Position numbers and translations under genes: made by a program. Positions 1-11,302 of a stretch of DNA of 64,000 bases are shown here, piece after piece. The notes under the pieces were generated by a model that was given only the letters and a program-made list of their open reading frames with translations, was not told the DNA's origin and did no database searches. The DNA comes from Candidatus Kapaibacterium sp. (GTDB taxonomy: Bacteria; Bacteroidota; Ignavibacteria; Kapaibacteriales; UBA4661): positions 86,690 to 150,689 of the forward strand of contig JALONG010000004.1 of the NCBI GenBank assembly GCA_025455065.1, given 5' to 3'. Position 1 is the first letter of the stretch. The number at the start of each line of letters is the position of its first letter.

Positions 1-3000
1 TTCGGTCCCGTGCGGGATTGGGAATGTGCTTGCGGAAAATACAAGCGCATTCGCTACAAAGGTATCGTCTGCGACCGCTGCGGCGTAGAAGTTACGCAGA
101 AATCCGTCCGCCGCGAACGCATGGGACACATCACGCTTGCCGTGCCTGTCGTTCACGTATGGTTCTTGCGCTCACAGCCCAGCAAAATTGCGGCTGTCAT
201 CGGACTTCCGGCAAAAGATATTGAACGCATTGTCTATTACGAATCCTATATCGTCGTGCAGCCCGGTACAACGGGTTTGCAGATGAAGGATTTGCTCACC
301 GAGGAAGAATACCTGCGCATCATGGATTCGCTCAAACCCGAAGAGCGCAATTTGGACGATGACGACCCGAAAAAATTCATCGCTCTTATCGGCGGCGAGG
401 CAGTGAAAGAACTGCTCAAGCGCGTCAATCCTGACAAAGACGCGGGTGAACTCCGCGAAATGGTCAAAGTTGAAACGTCGCAGCAGAAAAAAGCCGACCA
501 ATTGAAGCGCCTCCGCATCTTGGAAGCATTCCGCGACCGAGGCGACGGACGTTTGCCGAATGACCCTTCATGGATGGTCTTGGACGTTGTTCCCGTCATT
601 CCGCCGGAACTTCGCCCGCTTGTACCGCTCGAAGGCGGACGCTTCGCTACGTCCGATTTGAACGACCTGTACCGCCGTGTGATTATCCGCAATAACCGCC
701 TCAAGCGCCTTATTGACATCAAAGCGCCGGAAGTAATTTTGCGCAACGAAAAGCGTATGTTGCAAGAAGCAGTGGATTCGCTTTTTGATAACAGCCGCCG
801 CTCTACAGCCCGCGCAGAATCACAGCGTACACTGAAGTCGCTTTCCGATATGCTCAAAGGCAAAACCGGACGCTTCCGCCAGAACCTTTTGGGTAAGCGC
901 GTGGATTATTCCGGTCGCTCGGTTATCGTGGTCGGTCCGACACTCAAAATCTGGGAATGCGGTCTGCCGAAAGATATGGCTGTGGAACTCTTCAAGCCGT
1001 TCATTATTCGTCGTTTGATTGAGCGCGGGCACGTCAAAACCGTGAAAAGCGCCAAGAAAATGGTGGAACGCAAAACCACTGAAGTATGGGACATTTTGGA
1101 ACACGTGATTCAAGGACACCCCGTCTTGCTGAACCGCGCTCCCACGCTGCACCGCCTAGGTATTCAGGCATTCCAGCCGCGTTTGATTGAAGGTAAAGCG
1201 ATCCGCCTGCACCCGCTCGTTTGTACGGCATTCAACGCGGATTTCGACGGCGACCAGATGGCTGTTCACGTACCGCTTTCGCACGAAGCGCAGTTGGAAG
1301 CTATCTTGCTCATGCTTGCGTCACACAATATTCTGCACACCCAAAACGGCGCTCCGATTACCGTACCGTCCCAGGACATGGTGTTGGGTTGCTACTACTT
1401 GACCAAAATGCGTCGCTCCAGCAACGATGATGACAAAGTTAAAGGTGAGGGCATGATTTTCTACGGCACTGAAGATGTGATCATGGCATTCAACAACGGT
1501 ATTGCCGAAATGCACGCGAAAATCAAAGTGCGCTTGGACGGTCAAATCATCGAAACAACCGTTGGTCGTGTTATCTTCAACCAAATCGTTCCGAAAGAAG
1601 TCGGCTTCTTGAATGAAGCGCTTGGTAAAGGACGTTTGCGCCAAATTATCGGTCTGTGCTTCCAAAAAGCAGGTATGGCAAAAACGGTTGAGTTCTTGGA
1701 CGCGCTGAAAGAAACAGGCTTCCGCACCGCTACACGCGGCGGTTTGTCGGTAAGCATCCAAGATTTGATTATCCCCGACGAAAAAGTAAAACTCATTGAA
1801 TCGGCACAAGCGGAAGTAGATAAAATCGAAAGCTACTACCAAGCGGGCGTGATTACAAGCGGCGAGCGCTACAACAAAATCGTGGATATTTGGTCATCGG
1901 CGACAAACCGTATTGCGGACAAACTTTACAACGAACTTCAAAAGCACAAGCAAGGTTTCAACACCTTCTGGATGATGATGGATTCGCAGGCTCGCGGCTC
2001 GAAAGAGCAGATTCGCCAGCTTGCCGGTATGCGCGGTCTTATGGCGAAACCGAAAAAATCCGTTACCGGTTCGACGGGTGAACTTATCGAAAACCCGATT
2101 ATCTCGAACTTCAAAGAAGGTCTTTCGATTTTGGAATACTTCATCTCCACGCACGGTGCGCGGAAAGGTCTTGCCGACACAGCGCTTAAAACCGCCGATG
2201 CGGGCTACCTCACACGCCGTCTGCACGATGTGGCGCAGGACGTTATCATTTCGGAAGATGATTGCGGTACGATTCGCGGTATGGAACTTCGCGCTCTCAA
2301 AGACGGTGAGGAAGTGAAAGAATCGCTCTATGAACGCATTTTGGGACGGGTGTCGCTCTACGACGTAACCGACCCGCTTTCCGGCGAACTCATTGCGAAA
2401 AAAGGCGATTTGTTGGATGAAGTTGTTTCGCGCAAAATCGAAGATACGGCTATTGAAAGCGTCTTTGTGCGCTCGGTGCTTTCCTGCGAATCTCGTCAAG
2501 GTATTTGTGCGAAATGTTATGGTCGCAACCTCGCAACGGCGCGTATGGTGGACACAGGTGAGGCAGTCGGTACGATTGCAGCGCAGTCTATCGGTGAGCC
2601 GGGTACACAGCTTACGCTCCGCACTTTCCACACCGGCGGTACGGCATCGCTTATCACAGCACAAAGCAATATCACCGCGAAGTTCGATGGTCTTATTCAA
2701 TTTGACCGTGTGAAGACCATTAACGCTGAGACAGAAGATGATTCCGGCATGACGGTCAGCAAAGAACTTGTTGTCAATCGTGGTGGTATCATCAACATCA
2801 TTGAGCCGGATTCTAACCGCATTTTGACGAAGTACGAAACCATGTACGGCGCACAAATGCACGTCAAAGACGGTCAGTTGGTGAAAAAAGGCGAACTTAT
2901 TTACGAGTGGGATCCCTACAATGCCGTCATTATCACCGAGCGTGAGGGTTATGTGCGCTACCGCGATATGATTGAAAACGTTACCTTCCGCGAGGAAATT

Positions 3001-4170
3001 GACGAGCAGACAGGGCACATCTCCAAAACGATTATGGAATCCCGCGACCGTACCCGTTCACCGCAGCTTGTCATCACCAACGAAAAAGGCGAAGAACTCA
3101 AGTCGTACAGCTTGCCAACCAATGCGCAGCTGACGGTTGAGGAAAACGACTACGTGAATGTTGGTATGTCGCTGGCAAAAATTCCGAGAGATTCCGGCAA
3201 AACCCGCGATATTACGGGCGGTCTGCCCCGCGTAACGGAACTTTTCGAGGCACGTTCACCGCAAAAATCGGCTGTGGTATCGGAAATTGACGGTACGGTA
3301 GCCTTTGAAAGCAAGATGAAACGCGGCTCACGTTCTATCCGTGTTATCAGTTTCGACGGCGTTACCGAAAAGACATATGCCGTTTCGCTGAACAAATATG
3401 TAGTTGTGCAAGACGGCGACACCGTGCGTGCAGGCGACCGCCTCACCGACGGTTCGATTGACCCGCATGACATCTTGCGTATCAAAGGTCCGGCAGCCGT
3501 GCAGGAATACCTCGTGAACGAGATTCAAGAGGTGTACCGTATGCAGGGCGTGAAATTGAACGACAAACACATTGAGGTTATCGTGCGCCAGATGCTCCAA
3601 AAGAGCCGCGTCATTGACCCGGGTGATTCGCAGTTCCTCGAAGGCGACCAGATTGACCGCATCAAGTTCTTGGACGAAAACGACCGTTTGAAAGAAATGG
3701 TTGTTGTGGAGGACAAGGGCGATACGAAATTCAATATCAATCAAATCGTTCACAAAAAGCGTTTCCGCGAAGTCAATGCTGAATTGAAGAAGAAGGACAA
3801 AGCGCTTGCTGTCTCGCGTCCGGGCGAACCTGCGATTGCAGAGCCGATTTTGCTCGGCATCACGCAAGCAGCGCTGAATACCGAGAGCTTCATTTCCGCA
3901 GCATCCTTCCAAGAAACCACGCGCGTTTTGACCGAAGCGGCGATTGCTGCGAAAGCGGATAATCTCGTAGGATTGAAAGAAAACATCATCTTGGGGCAGC
4001 TTATTCCTGCCGGAACGGGCTTGCGTCGTTGCCAAGATATTGTCATTCACACGGAAGTCGGCAACATCTTCGACCACGAAGAATACCAACTCAACTTGCC
4101 GGAACGTCTCACGATTCCGCCTCCGCCGCCACCGACAAAAGGTCGCCGCCGCTCGAAAGAGACTGCGTAA
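1..4170 (+). CDS. rpoC: DNA-directed RNA polymerase beta' subunit, 5'-partial (the frame is open from base 1 and the N-terminus lies upstream of the window)
   Basis: Translation from base 1 reads [16 protein letters not shown], the Zn-finger region. The NADFDGDQM catalytic motif and a G-loop/trigger-loop-like region are present. The supplied ORF is 1386 aa. Confidence 0.95.
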   Translation, partial: FGPVRDWECACGKYKRIRYKGIVCDRCGVEVTQKSVRRERMGHITLAVPVVHVWFLRSQPSKIAAVIGLPAKDIERIVYYESYIVVQPGTTGLQMKDLLTEEEYLRIMDSLKPEERNLDDDDPKKFIALIGGEAVKELLKRVNPDKDAGELREMVKVETSQQKKADQLKRLRILEAFRDRGDGRLPNDPSWMVLDVVPVIPPELRPLVPLEGGRFATSDLNDLYRRVIIRNNRLKRLIDIKAPEVILRNEKRMLQEAVDSLFDNSRRSTARAESQRTLKSLSDMLKGKTGRFRQNLLGKRVDYSGRSVIVVGPTLKIWECGLPKDMAVELFKPFIIRRLIERGHVKTVKSAKKMVERKTTEVWDILEHVIQGHPVLLNRAPTLHRLGIQAFQPRLIEGKAIRLHPLVCTAFNADFDGDQMAVHVPLSHEAQLEAILLMLASHNILHTQNGAPITVPSQDMVLGCYYLTKMRRSSNDDDKVKGEGMIFYGTEDVIMAFNNGIAEMHAKIKVRLDGQIIETTVGRVIFNQIVPKEVGFLNEALGKGRLRQIIGLCFQKAGMAKTVEFLDALKETGFRTATRGGLSVSIQDLIIPDEKVKLIESAQAEVDKIESYYQAGVITSGERYNKIVDIWSSATNRIADKLYNELQKHKQGFNTFWMMMDSQARGSKEQIRQLAGMRGLMAKPKKSVTGSTGELIENPIISNFKEGLSILEYFISTHGARKGLADTALKTADAGYLTRRLHDVAQDVIISEDDCGTIRGMELRALKDGEEVKESLYERILGRVSLYDVTDPLSGELIAKKGDLLDEVVSRKIEDTAIESVFVRSVLSCESRQGICAKCYGRNLATARMVDTGEAVGTIAAQSIGEPGTQLTLRTFHTGGTASLITAQSNITAKFDGLIQFDRVKTINAETEDDSGMTVSKELVVNRGGIINIIEPDSNRILTKYETMYGAQMHVKDGQLVKKGELIYEWDPYNAVIITEREGYVRYRDMIENVTFREEIDEQTGHISKTIMESRDRTRSPQLVITNEKGEELKSYSLPTNAQLTVEENDYVNVGMSLAKIPRDSGKTRDITGGLPRVTELFEARSPQKSAVVSEIDGTVAFESKMKRGSRSIRVISFDGVTEKTYAVSLNKYVVVQDGDTVRAGDRLTDGSIDPHDILRIKGPAAVQEYLVNEIQEVYRMQGVKLNDKHIEVIVRQMLQKSRVIDPGDSQFLEGDQIDRIKFLDENDRLKEMVVVEDKGDTKFNINQIVHKKRFREVNAELKKKDKALAVSRPGEPAIAEPILLGITQAALNTESFISAASFQETTRVLTEAAIAAKADNLVGLKENIILGQLIPAGTGLRRCQDIVIHTEVGNIFDHEEYQLNLPERLTIPPPPPPTKGRRRSKETA

Positions 4171-4192
4171 ACGGCAGAAGACAGCAAATAAA

Positions 4193-4240
4193 AAAGCCCC
4201 GCAAACAAGCAATGATGCTCTTTGCGGGGCTTTTTCTTTG
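4193..4240 (+). terminator. Rho-independent terminator after rpoC
   Basis: GC-rich hairpin aagccccgcaaa...tttgcggggctt followed by a T-run (tttttcttt), 20 bp after the rpoC stop. Confidence 0.6.
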
Positions 4241-4250
4241 TAGTTCTTTT

Positions 4251-4454
4251 TCACTTCCCGTAATTTTTCGCTACAAATCCTTCCGGCACTGTCAGTTCTG
4301 CCGTTTCTCCATGTACCAAGACCAAATATATCCCCTCGCGCCACACGCGCTCCTGCAAATCGCGGGGAGCGTCCACTGCTGCTATCATCCCATACAAACG
4401 TTTGTCGGCGTGGTCGCTGAAATACAACGGAAATTCTTCCAATTTCAATAACAA
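4251..4454 (-). CDS. Small hypothetical ORF (67 aa) between two terminator hairpins, doubtful
   Basis: ORF-track entry only. No recognisable motif, and it sits downstream of the minus-strand terminator of the adhesin gene. Confidence 0.15.
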   Translation of the reverse strand: MLLKLEEFPLYFSDHADKRLYGMIAAVDAPRDLQERVWREGIYLVLVHGETAELTVPEGFVAKNYGK

Positions 4455-4456
4455 AT

Positions 4457-4500
4457 AAAAAGCCCTGCAACCATCATGAATGCTTGATTGCAGGGCTTTG
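4457..4500 (-). terminator. Rho-independent terminator for the minus-strand adhesin gene
   Basis: Hairpin gccctgcaa-N-ttgcagggc. Read on the minus strand it is followed by a T-run (complement of aaaaa at 4457-4461) and lies about 35 bp after the gene's 3' end at 4535. Confidence 0.55.
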
Positions 4501-4534
4501 AATTACAATAATATGGCGCAGTGATGTGTATCGC

Positions 4535-7500
4535 TTATTGCTTCACAAAGCGTTGAACGATGCGTTTTACTCCATCATTCAATTCAATCGTGTAGTATCC
4601 AGGCGGAAGATGACCAACATGGATGTGTTGCTCAAATGCGCCGCCGTTGCTTTGTACATCCGATGTCCACACCACCGAACCAAGAGCATTGCGAAGATTT
4701 AACCGCACCAAACCTGAGGTTTGAAGCGCTGTTTGTATCGTTACGCTTGTCTGCGCCGGATTGGGGAATACCTGCGCACCATTAAACGATGGTGTGATTT
4801 CCTCTCCTGCTTTTGCGGTATGGGATTCGCCACTGGTAAGGCTGCCTTCTTTCAAGAATGCCAAAAGAGGAATAATCGTCAAATCCGTTGTGGACTCAGC
4901 GATAAGCGTGTTTGTCGGCGAGGTAACATTTTTGAATATCTTGATTTTTCCTGTTACTGCGCCTGAAGGAACGGTTGCCGTGATTGAACCGTCGCCATTA
5001 ACAACAAACGACGTAACAGCAGCGCCACCGATAGTAATAACCGATGTACCTGCAAGATAGTTACCCACAATCGTCACCGTCTGACCTTCCATGCGGCTTG
5101 TCGGGTTGAAACTCGTAATCACCGGAAGCGGATGCGGCAAATAGGTGAAGTTCACGCCCAATGCGGCATTCGTGTTTGCGCTGCCATTGGGTGTTGTTAC
5201 CACGATATTACCGGAATTGCCTGCGGCAACCGTAGCGCGAATTTGTGTAGCGGAAACAAACGTTACGCCCGATGCCGGAACACCGCCAAAGCTGACGTTT
5301 GTCGAACCCGAAACGAAGTTCGTGCCTGTAATCGTTACCACTGTGCCTGTTGTGCCAATATCGGTGGAGATGTTGGTTATGGTCGGCGGAGGCGTCGGCG
5401 GAATATACGTGAAGTTCGTGGAACTAAAGACTGTGCCGCCCGGTGCTATCACGCGGATTGGTCCTGTTGCTCCTGTTCCAACGGTAGCAATAATGGTATT
5501 ATCATTGACAACCGTATAACTTGCTGCATTGGTATTACCGAATCGCACTCCGGTAGCAACAACACCCAAAGGACCTTTTGTTCCTATAAATCCCGAACCA
5601 ATAATCGTTACCATTGTTCCCGGTCCGCCCGATGTGGCAGAAAAGCTGGTAATGGTCGGCAAAGGATGCACGGTGACAGGCGTTGTTGTTGTGCCGCCAT
5701 GTGCATACAGCGTCAATGTACCCGAAGCAGAAGCGGAAGGAATACGAACCTGCACCTGAGTTGGCGCAGCACTGATAATCTGAAGCGGTACACCGTTCAA
5801 AAGAACGCCTGTGGTTGTGCTGAGATTTGTACCGTTAATGGTCAGGGTAGAATCTTGCCGTGAAACAGGCTGTGGCGCTACGGTAGTGATTGTCGGTGCG
5901 GTTGCCGTTGCGTTGGTGGCAAAGCGGAATGTGCCGCGTGAACCGACACCGCCTGGAGTGGTAATGATGGCATTACTGTTTATTACTGTTATTCCAGCAC
6001 CAACAGTTGCCACAACTTGATTGGGACCAACACTGACAATATTCCCCAACATATTGCCAAATTTTACTTGAAACGCGCCCGTGAAGTATTGTCCGTAGAT
6101 GGTAATTGTTGCTCCCGTCGTACCATATGAAGCGTAGAAGCCTTGTATAGTCGGCGGCGGTGTGAAGGTAAACGCATTCACCTGCGTAGCGGTCTGTGTG
6201 CCACTGCGGACGACAACATTACCCAAGCCCGGTTGGGCGTTTGCTGCCGGACGAGCGATGATTTGTGTGTCGGAAACAACCGTGTAGGAAGCAGCATTCG
6301 CGCCGTTGATTTGTACGCCGTTTGTACCATAGACTTTCAAGAAGTTCGTTCCGGTGATGGTTACTGCCGTGCCTGTTGTTCCGGCAGCAGGACTTACGCC
6401 CGTGATGGTGGGTGCATCAAAGAGCAGACCCGTGCGGCGTGCTACGGCTGCATCGGTGCGGACAATCTGCACCGTGCCGTTGGTGCCGCCAGCACCGATT
6501 GTGGCTTGAATCTGGGTCGGCGAAACAACCGTGAAACTTGTCGCAGGAACGCCGCCAAACCATACGCCTTGTGTCGTGATGCCGCAGCCTGCCGTGAAGT
6601 TCGTTCCCGTGATGGTGACAAGCGTTCCGGCAGCAGTGTTTGTCGGTGTGAAGTTCGTGATAGTCGGGAGAGCAAGATACGTGAAGCCCGGAAGCGAGTG
6701 CGAACCCGAAAGCGAAGTTACCGTTACAGCGCCTGTTGCACCTGCTTTGACCGTTGCCAAAATCTGCGAATCATTCACAATCGTAAACGATGCCGGAGTG
6801 CCGCCGAATTTTACCGATGATGCACCGGAGAAGCCTGTACCGTTGATGGTTACGACCGTTCCGGTTGTTCCGCATTGCGGCGTGAAGTTAGCCACATTCG
6901 GAATCGGCGGAACATTGGAATAGACAAAACCACCAACTGTTGCTGTGCCGTCGGGCTTTGTTACCGAAACGTTTACCGGAGTGAGTGACACCGTGCCAAC
7001 GCCCAAGGTAACCACAATACGCGAATTGCTCACCGATACAATCGTTGCCGGAACGCCGCCAAAGGTTACTTGGGTTGTGCCAAGGAAGTTCGCACCACGA
7101 ATCGTTACCGTCTGCGGGCTGACACCAAAAGCAGGTGTGAAACTGTTGATAATCGGCGGTGTGGGAACGTAGGTAAAGTTCGGGCAACTCGCAGTGCCGC
7201 CCGGCGTGGTAACGGTGTATGTGCCGCTTGTGGAGCCGAAGGCAACCGTTGCGCTAATTTGTGTGGAAGAAACAACCGTAAATGCGCTTGCATTCACGCC
7301 GCCAAATCGCACCGATGTTGCACCTGTGAAGTTTGTACCGTTCAACACAACGACATTGCCACCCGTGGAAGTAAGAGCCGTGCAAGTGAGCGTGGGAGGC
7401 AAAATAGCCGGGTTCGCAAAATCAATACTCAAATTTTGCCCGTTCAAACCACCAATCACCGCCACATTACCGTTTTGCACAGCAGCATTGAGGAATGTAA

Positions 7501-9016
7501 TTTGCACATTATTCACATCGTTTGCGTTAGCATGAGCCGCTGCCGCACCTGTGAAACTGATTTGTACTTGTGTGGAAGAGGTTTTGGTTAGCACCATCGT
7601 CAAACCAGCAGGAACATTCGTCACGGTGTAGTGAGTGCCGGCCGTGAGTGTGCTGCCATTGGCTATGCTGCTTGCCCATGCTGTTCCACCAAGTGTAATT
7701 GTTTGCGTTGTGGTGATTGTACCATTATTTGCTACTGCTTCAGAGAACATCGTTCCACTGTAGTTAGCTGTGGGAGATGGCGCAGGAGTACCATTCAAAC
7801 AAGTAATTCTTTGCTGTTGATACCAATCATATGAAGTGAAACTACCACCAACAACAATTCTACCATCGGAAAGTGTTGTAAAACTACCAACATAACCGCC
7901 GTACGATTGCACACGATTGAACGTTAAATCTAAATTTCCGTTTGAGTTAAGACGTGCAACTATACCACCTTGATTATCCCCACTACGCCCACTGACCAAG
8001 ATTTTCCCATCCGATTGTACCTCCATCCATGTACGGGAAGGTCTATCTCCATTGGCGCTCATAGTCCAAGGTACAAATGATCCGTCATTTGTGCCATCGC
8101 TATTGAGACGTATGATATCTGCATTCTGGAATGCAAGAAAGCCGAAAGCTGCGCTTAAATATGAATGCCGTAAAGCGAGAATTTTACCATCAGGCTGTAC
8201 ACGAATACTGGATGTACCCAAGCTAGTCAATGGACCGTTAAATGTCGGATCAATATCTCCATTTGACAATAAACGTGTTATACTTCCTGGATGACTAGAA
8301 GTTCCACCAGGAGGAGGATTTGTAGCCAGATATAATTTGTAACTCCCGCCAACGATGATTTTACCATCAGGCTGTAAAGCAATAGAATGGATATTCGGAA
8401 GAGTATTACCAAAGCCATCATCTGAAGGATAGTTATTGCCAAAAGTATTATCAAGAGAACCGTCAGAATTGACACGTACAAGGAACTTTCTTGAATTATC
8501 ACCTCCATATCCCTGGAAACCGCCACCAATCAAAATTTTGCCATCAGCTTGGATCGCTAACGCTTGCACAGGTGTGGGACCAGCTGCTAGGGTAATACCG
8601 CTTGAAAAACTCGGATCCAACGTACCATCAGGGTTAAATCGATAAACTCCTTTTTGATCAATACCTCCATTACTAACTATGTCACCACCAACAAGTATTT
8701 TGCCGTCAGTTTGGATAGCTACCGCATAAACAACCCCTGATATGCCGACAAATTTTGTACTATCAAGTGTTCCATCTGAATTAAACCGTGCCAATACAGA
8801 CCGTTCAACATTATTATATCGAGTAAATAAGCCACCTACCACAATCTTACCGTCCGCTTGCTTGACTATACTCGTTACATCTCCGTTAAAACCTGTTACA
8901 ATGGGAAAACAAAAACCAACACTCCCATCTTGCGCCCTCGCTTGCATTAAAGGCAGCACTAAAGCTAAAGTACAAACCAGTATCCAGACAAGTTTGTTAT
9001 TCAACAAACGATTCAT
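4535..9016 (-). CDS. Giant secreted T9SS cargo protein (~1490 aa). Contains a signal peptide, an N-terminal run of beta-propeller-type repeats (DGKILVGG), about ten IPT/TIG-like Ig repeats (FTPxxGxxGTxVTIxGxNF) and a C-terminal T9SS sorting domain.
   Basis: Signal peptide MNRLLNNKLVWILVCTLALVLPLMQARAQ, chosen as start at 9016; the ORF is open to 9094. Repeats DGKI(L/I)VGG occur about 8 times. Ig-like repeats are present. The last ~80 aa (FPNPAQTSVTIQ...GYYTIELNDGVKRIVQRFVKQ) match the T9SS C-terminal-domain pattern. Confidence 0.8.
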   Translation of the reverse strand: MNRLLNNKLVWILVCTLALVLPLMQARAQDGSVGFCFPIVTGFNGDVTSIVKQADGKIVVGGLFTRYNNVERSVLARFNSDGTLDSTKFVGISGVVYAVAIQTDGKILVGGDIVSNGGIDQKGVYRFNPDGTLDPSFSSGITLAAGPTPVQALAIQADGKILIGGGFQGYGGDNSRKFLVRVNSDGSLDNTFGNNYPSDDGFGNTLPNIHSIALQPDGKIIVGGSYKLYLATNPPPGGTSSHPGSITRLLSNGDIDPTFNGPLTSLGTSSIRVQPDGKILALRHSYLSAAFGFLAFQNADIIRLNSDGTNDGSFVPWTMSANGDRPSRTWMEVQSDGKILVSGRSGDNQGGIVARLNSNGNLDLTFNRVQSYGGYVGSFTTLSDGRIVVGGSFTSYDWYQQQRITCLNGTPAPSPTANYSGTMFSEAVANNGTITTTQTITLGGTAWASSIANGSTLTAGTHYTVTNVPAGLTMVLTKTSSTQVQISFTGAAAAHANANDVNNVQITFLNAAVQNGNVAVIGGLNGQNLSIDFANPAILPPTLTCTALTSTGGNVVVLNGTNFTGATSVRFGGVNASAFTVVSSTQISATVAFGSTSGTYTVTTPGGTASCPNFTYVPTPPIINSFTPAFGVSPQTVTIRGANFLGTTQVTFGGVPATIVSVSNSRIVVTLGVGTVSLTPVNVSVTKPDGTATVGGFVYSNVPPIPNVANFTPQCGTTGTVVTINGTGFSGASSVKFGGTPASFTIVNDSQILATVKAGATGAVTVTSLSGSHSLPGFTYLALPTITNFTPTNTAAGTLVTITGTNFTAGCGITTQGVWFGGVPATSFTVVSPTQIQATIGAGGTNGTVQIVRTDAAVARRTGLLFDAPTITGVSPAAGTTGTAVTITGTNFLKVYGTNGVQINGANAASYTVVSDTQIIARPAANAQPGLGNVVVRSGTQTATQVNAFTFTPPPTIQGFYASYGTTGATITIYGQYFTGAFQVKFGNMLGNIVSVGPNQVVATVGAGITVINSNAIITTPGGVGSRGTFRFATNATATAPTITTVAPQPVSRQDSTLTINGTNLSTTTGVLLNGVPLQIISAAPTQVQVRIPSASASGTLTLYAHGGTTTTPVTVHPLPTITSFSATSGGPGTMVTIIGSGFIGTKGPLGVVATGVRFGNTNAASYTVVNDNTIIATVGTGATGPIRVIAPGGTVFSSTNFTYIPPTPPPTITNISTDIGTTGTVVTITGTNFVSGSTNVSFGGVPASGVTFVSATQIRATVAAGNSGNIVVTTPNGSANTNAALGVNFTYLPHPLPVITSFNPTSRMEGQTVTIVGNYLAGTSVITIGGAAVTSFVVNGDGSITATVPSGAVTGKIKIFKNVTSPTNTLIAESTTDLTIIPLLAFLKEGSLTSGESHTAKAGEEITPSFNGAQVFPNPAQTSVTIQTALQTSGLVRLNLRNALGSVVWTSDVQSNGGAFEQHIHVGHLPPGYYTIELNDGVKRIVQRFVKQ

Positions 9017-9387
9017 AAAAACTCCAAAAAGAATAAAAAAACTCCCCGCCACAAGCGGAGCATGATTTGTTACAACGAAAATCAGCACTGGCACAACATT
9101 TGCAACAAATTCCCCGTGTCATCGTCTTTTGGCGGACACCACGGAACATTGCAAAGCCCGTTTGCAGCATAGTACAAAGCAAAGCAGCGTACTATGCTCA
9201 CAAGCAGTGTGCGAGCAATCCGAGAAATGGAGCCTGTCAGATGATTCATTGGCGTGAGGAATCCGACGGGCTTTTTATATTTTTTACGGTGCGTGACATT
9301 GATGTCCACAGCACCTTAGCCTAACAATAATTGAACAAGTGCAAAGTTATGCTGTTCAAAACAGAAAAAAAAATTTTGGAAGCCAAA

Positions 9388-9426
9388 AAGCGCTGAGCGG
9401 GACATATAAAGCGCTGAGCGGGACAT
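9388..9426. repeat. 19-bp direct repeat x2 (aaagcgctgagcgggacat)
   Basis: Two identical copies separated by 1 nt in an A/T-rich intergenic tract. Confidence 0.6.
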
Positions 9427-9565
9427 GAGATCCCCAAAACAGGCAAAATACACCTCATTACTCTCTACAAGCATACGACAAATGCACGAGAAGATATCGC
9501 AACATTGACAGAATACTCGCAAAAACGCAAGAGCATCGCTCTCCATCCACATTTCCACAAAAGCA

Positions 9566-9614
9566 GAATGAAGAATGAAGAATGAAGAATGAAGAATGAA
9601 GAATGAAGAATGAA
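9566..9614. repeat. Heptanucleotide microsatellite (GAATGAA)x7
   Basis: Perfect tandem heptamer repeats read directly in the sequence. Confidence 0.8.
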
Positions 9615-9873
9615 CTTACCAAGGAGTTACAATATGACCATGAATGACCACGTTTAAGAGAAATAGAAGAGAAAAAATCTGCACTTCTTTTTTATGGACA
9701 GTAAAATTTAAGATTGACAAAATTCTAATGGGGACAAAACTACCTTTTTTTCTCAATACGGCAAAAACAATTTTTCCAATGCTCAATATTTTATTTTTTT
9801 AACGCACTTACGTAACAACGTACTTATGTAGCTTGAATTCACGGGTTCTGCTTTTGTGTTTTTTGTAAAAAAA

Positions 9874-11193
9874 TTATGCTGTCTGCCCCAATTCCCGCGT
9901 GAGTGCTTCGCGCTCAATTTCCAACTGGCGAATTTTTCGCTCAATCGAATCCAATTCCTCCGGCATGGAGTCAATCTCTATGCGCAGTTTCGAGGCGGAT
10001 TCGTCTATGAGGTCAATGGCTTTATCCGGCAAAAAGCGGTCAGCGATGTATCTGTGCGAAAGCTGCGCCGCAGCAATAAGGGCTGCATCCGTAATGCGCA
10101 CTCCGTGATGCACTTCGTACCGCTCTTTGATGCCGCGCAAAATCGAAATTGTGTCCTCCACTGTTGGTTCTTCGATGAGAACTTTTTGAAAACGGCGCTC
10201 CAATGCAGCATCTTTTTCGATGTATTTTTGGTATTCGTCCAGCGTTGTTGCGCCGATGCAGCGCAATTCGCCGCGTGCCAATGCGGGTTTCAGGATGTTT
10301 GCCGCATCCATGCTGCCTTGATTGGTTGCGCCTGCGCCCACGAGCGTATGCAGTTCGTCAATGAACAAAATAATTTCGCCGTCGGACTCCGAAACCTCAC
10401 GCACGACTGCTTTTAAGCGCTCTTCAAACTGTCCGCGAAAACTTGTTCCCGCAACAAGAGCGCCCATATCAAGCGCAATAATCGTCTTGGTTTTGAGCGT
10501 TTCCGGAACATCGCCCGAAACGATGCGCTGCGCAATGCCTTCAGCAATAGCGGTTTTACCAACGCCCGGCTCACCGATTAACACGGGATTATTCTTCGTG
10601 CGGCGCGAAAGCACTTGCAAGACGCGCCGAATCTCGTCTTCGCGCCCGATAATCGGGTCAATTTTGCCTTTGCGAGCATCGTCATTAAGTGAACGTCCGT
10701 AGCGCTTCAGTGCTTGATATTTGTCTTCGGGATTTTGGTCGGTAACGCGCTGCGAACCGCGAAAATCCTTGAGAATTTTCACCACCGCATCTTTGGTAAC
10801 GCCTTGGTCGCGTAAAAGCTGTGCTGCTGGGGATTTGTGTTCGGCAAGCGCCATAAGCAGATGCTCGGTGCTGACGTATTCATCGTGGAGTTGCTGTGCT
10901 TCTTTGAGCGCTATTTCCAGCACCGCACCCAAATCACGGCTTAAAAACTGGCTTCCCACAACCGTTCCGCTTACTTTGGGCAGCGCGTCTATTTCCTGTT
11001 GCGCTTTGGATTTCAAATAATCCACATTCGCACCAAGTTTGAGCAGCATCGGCGGAATAATTCCACCCGAATCTTCCAGCAAAACCAGCATCAAATGGAC
11101 TGCTTCGATAGATTGGTGATTATTCGCCGAGGCAATTTCCTGTGCGCGTTGCAGTGCTTCCTGCGCTTTGAGCGTGAGTTTTTGAAAATTCAT
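9874..11193 (-). CDS. clpB: ClpB-type AAA+ disaggregase, N-terminal fragment only (N-domain, NBD1 and start of the M-domain coiled coil, 439 aa). The gene appears truncated and is a possible pseudogene.
   Basis: Clp N-domain repeats; Walker A GEPGVGKT; Walker B ILFIDELH. Ends in coiled coil ...[27 protein letters not shown] then stop. No NBD2 follows; an A/T-rich repeat tract replaces it. Confidence 0.85.
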   Translation of the reverse strand: MNFQKLTLKAQEALQRAQEIASANNHQSIEAVHLMLVLLEDSGGIIPPMLLKLGANVDYLKSKAQQEIDALPKVSGTVVGSQFLSRDLGAVLEIALKEAQQLHDEYVSTEHLLMALAEHKSPAAQLLRDQGVTKDAVVKILKDFRGSQRVTDQNPEDKYQALKRYGRSLNDDARKGKIDPIIGREDEIRRVLQVLSRRTKNNPVLIGEPGVGKTAIAEGIAQRIVSGDVPETLKTKTIIALDMGALVAGTSFRGQFEERLKAVVREVSESDGEIILFIDELHTLVGAGATNQGSMDAANILKPALARGELRCIGATTLDEYQKYIEKDAALERRFQKVLIEEPTVEDTISILRGIKERYEVHHGVRITDAALIAAAQLSHRYIADRFLPDKAIDLIDESASKLRIEIDSMPEELDSIERKIRQLEIEREALTRELGQTA

Positions 11194-11302
11194 AGGACAA
11201 CAAGAAAAACAGTGTTGAGTGCTAAATGTTGAGTGCTAAATGTTGAGTGCTGAGTTCCGCGTTTTGCGTGTCAAACTTGACGCAAAGCCTCACCAAACCA
11301 CG

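Noticed and set aside
1894-4470. Long antisense ORFs inside rpoC (1894-3018, 374 aa; 3328-4470, 380 aa) and smaller ones
   Set aside because: They lie fully within, or run off the end of, an unambiguous rpoC reading frame on the opposite strand. Their composition is Arg/Cys/Phe-rich with no motifs, typical of antisense frames of GC-balanced genes.
5132-7591. Multiple plus-strand ORFs (for example 5132-5863, 243 aa; 6143-6820, 225 aa; 7070-7591, 173 aa) opposite the adhesin gene
   Set aside because: These are antisense to a well-supported repetitive coding frame. Their Cys/Arg-rich low-complexity translations are the expected mirror of Thr/Gly/Val-rich repeats.
9095-9873. tRNA or other RNA gene in the long A/T-rich intergenic tract (also checked 20708-21192, 45105-45266, 62748-62939)
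   Set aside because: No cloverleaf-compatible segment was recognised by eye, with no GTTC-type T-loop and matching acceptor stem. The tracts are dominated by micro-repeats and promoter-like A/T runs. tRNAscan would be definitive.
9874-11193. Calling the ClpB ORF a complete gene
   Set aside because: The ORF stops inside the M-domain coiled coil with no NBD2 (no second Walker A/B or sensor motifs) anywhere downstream. It is reported as a truncated fragment or possible pseudogene instead.
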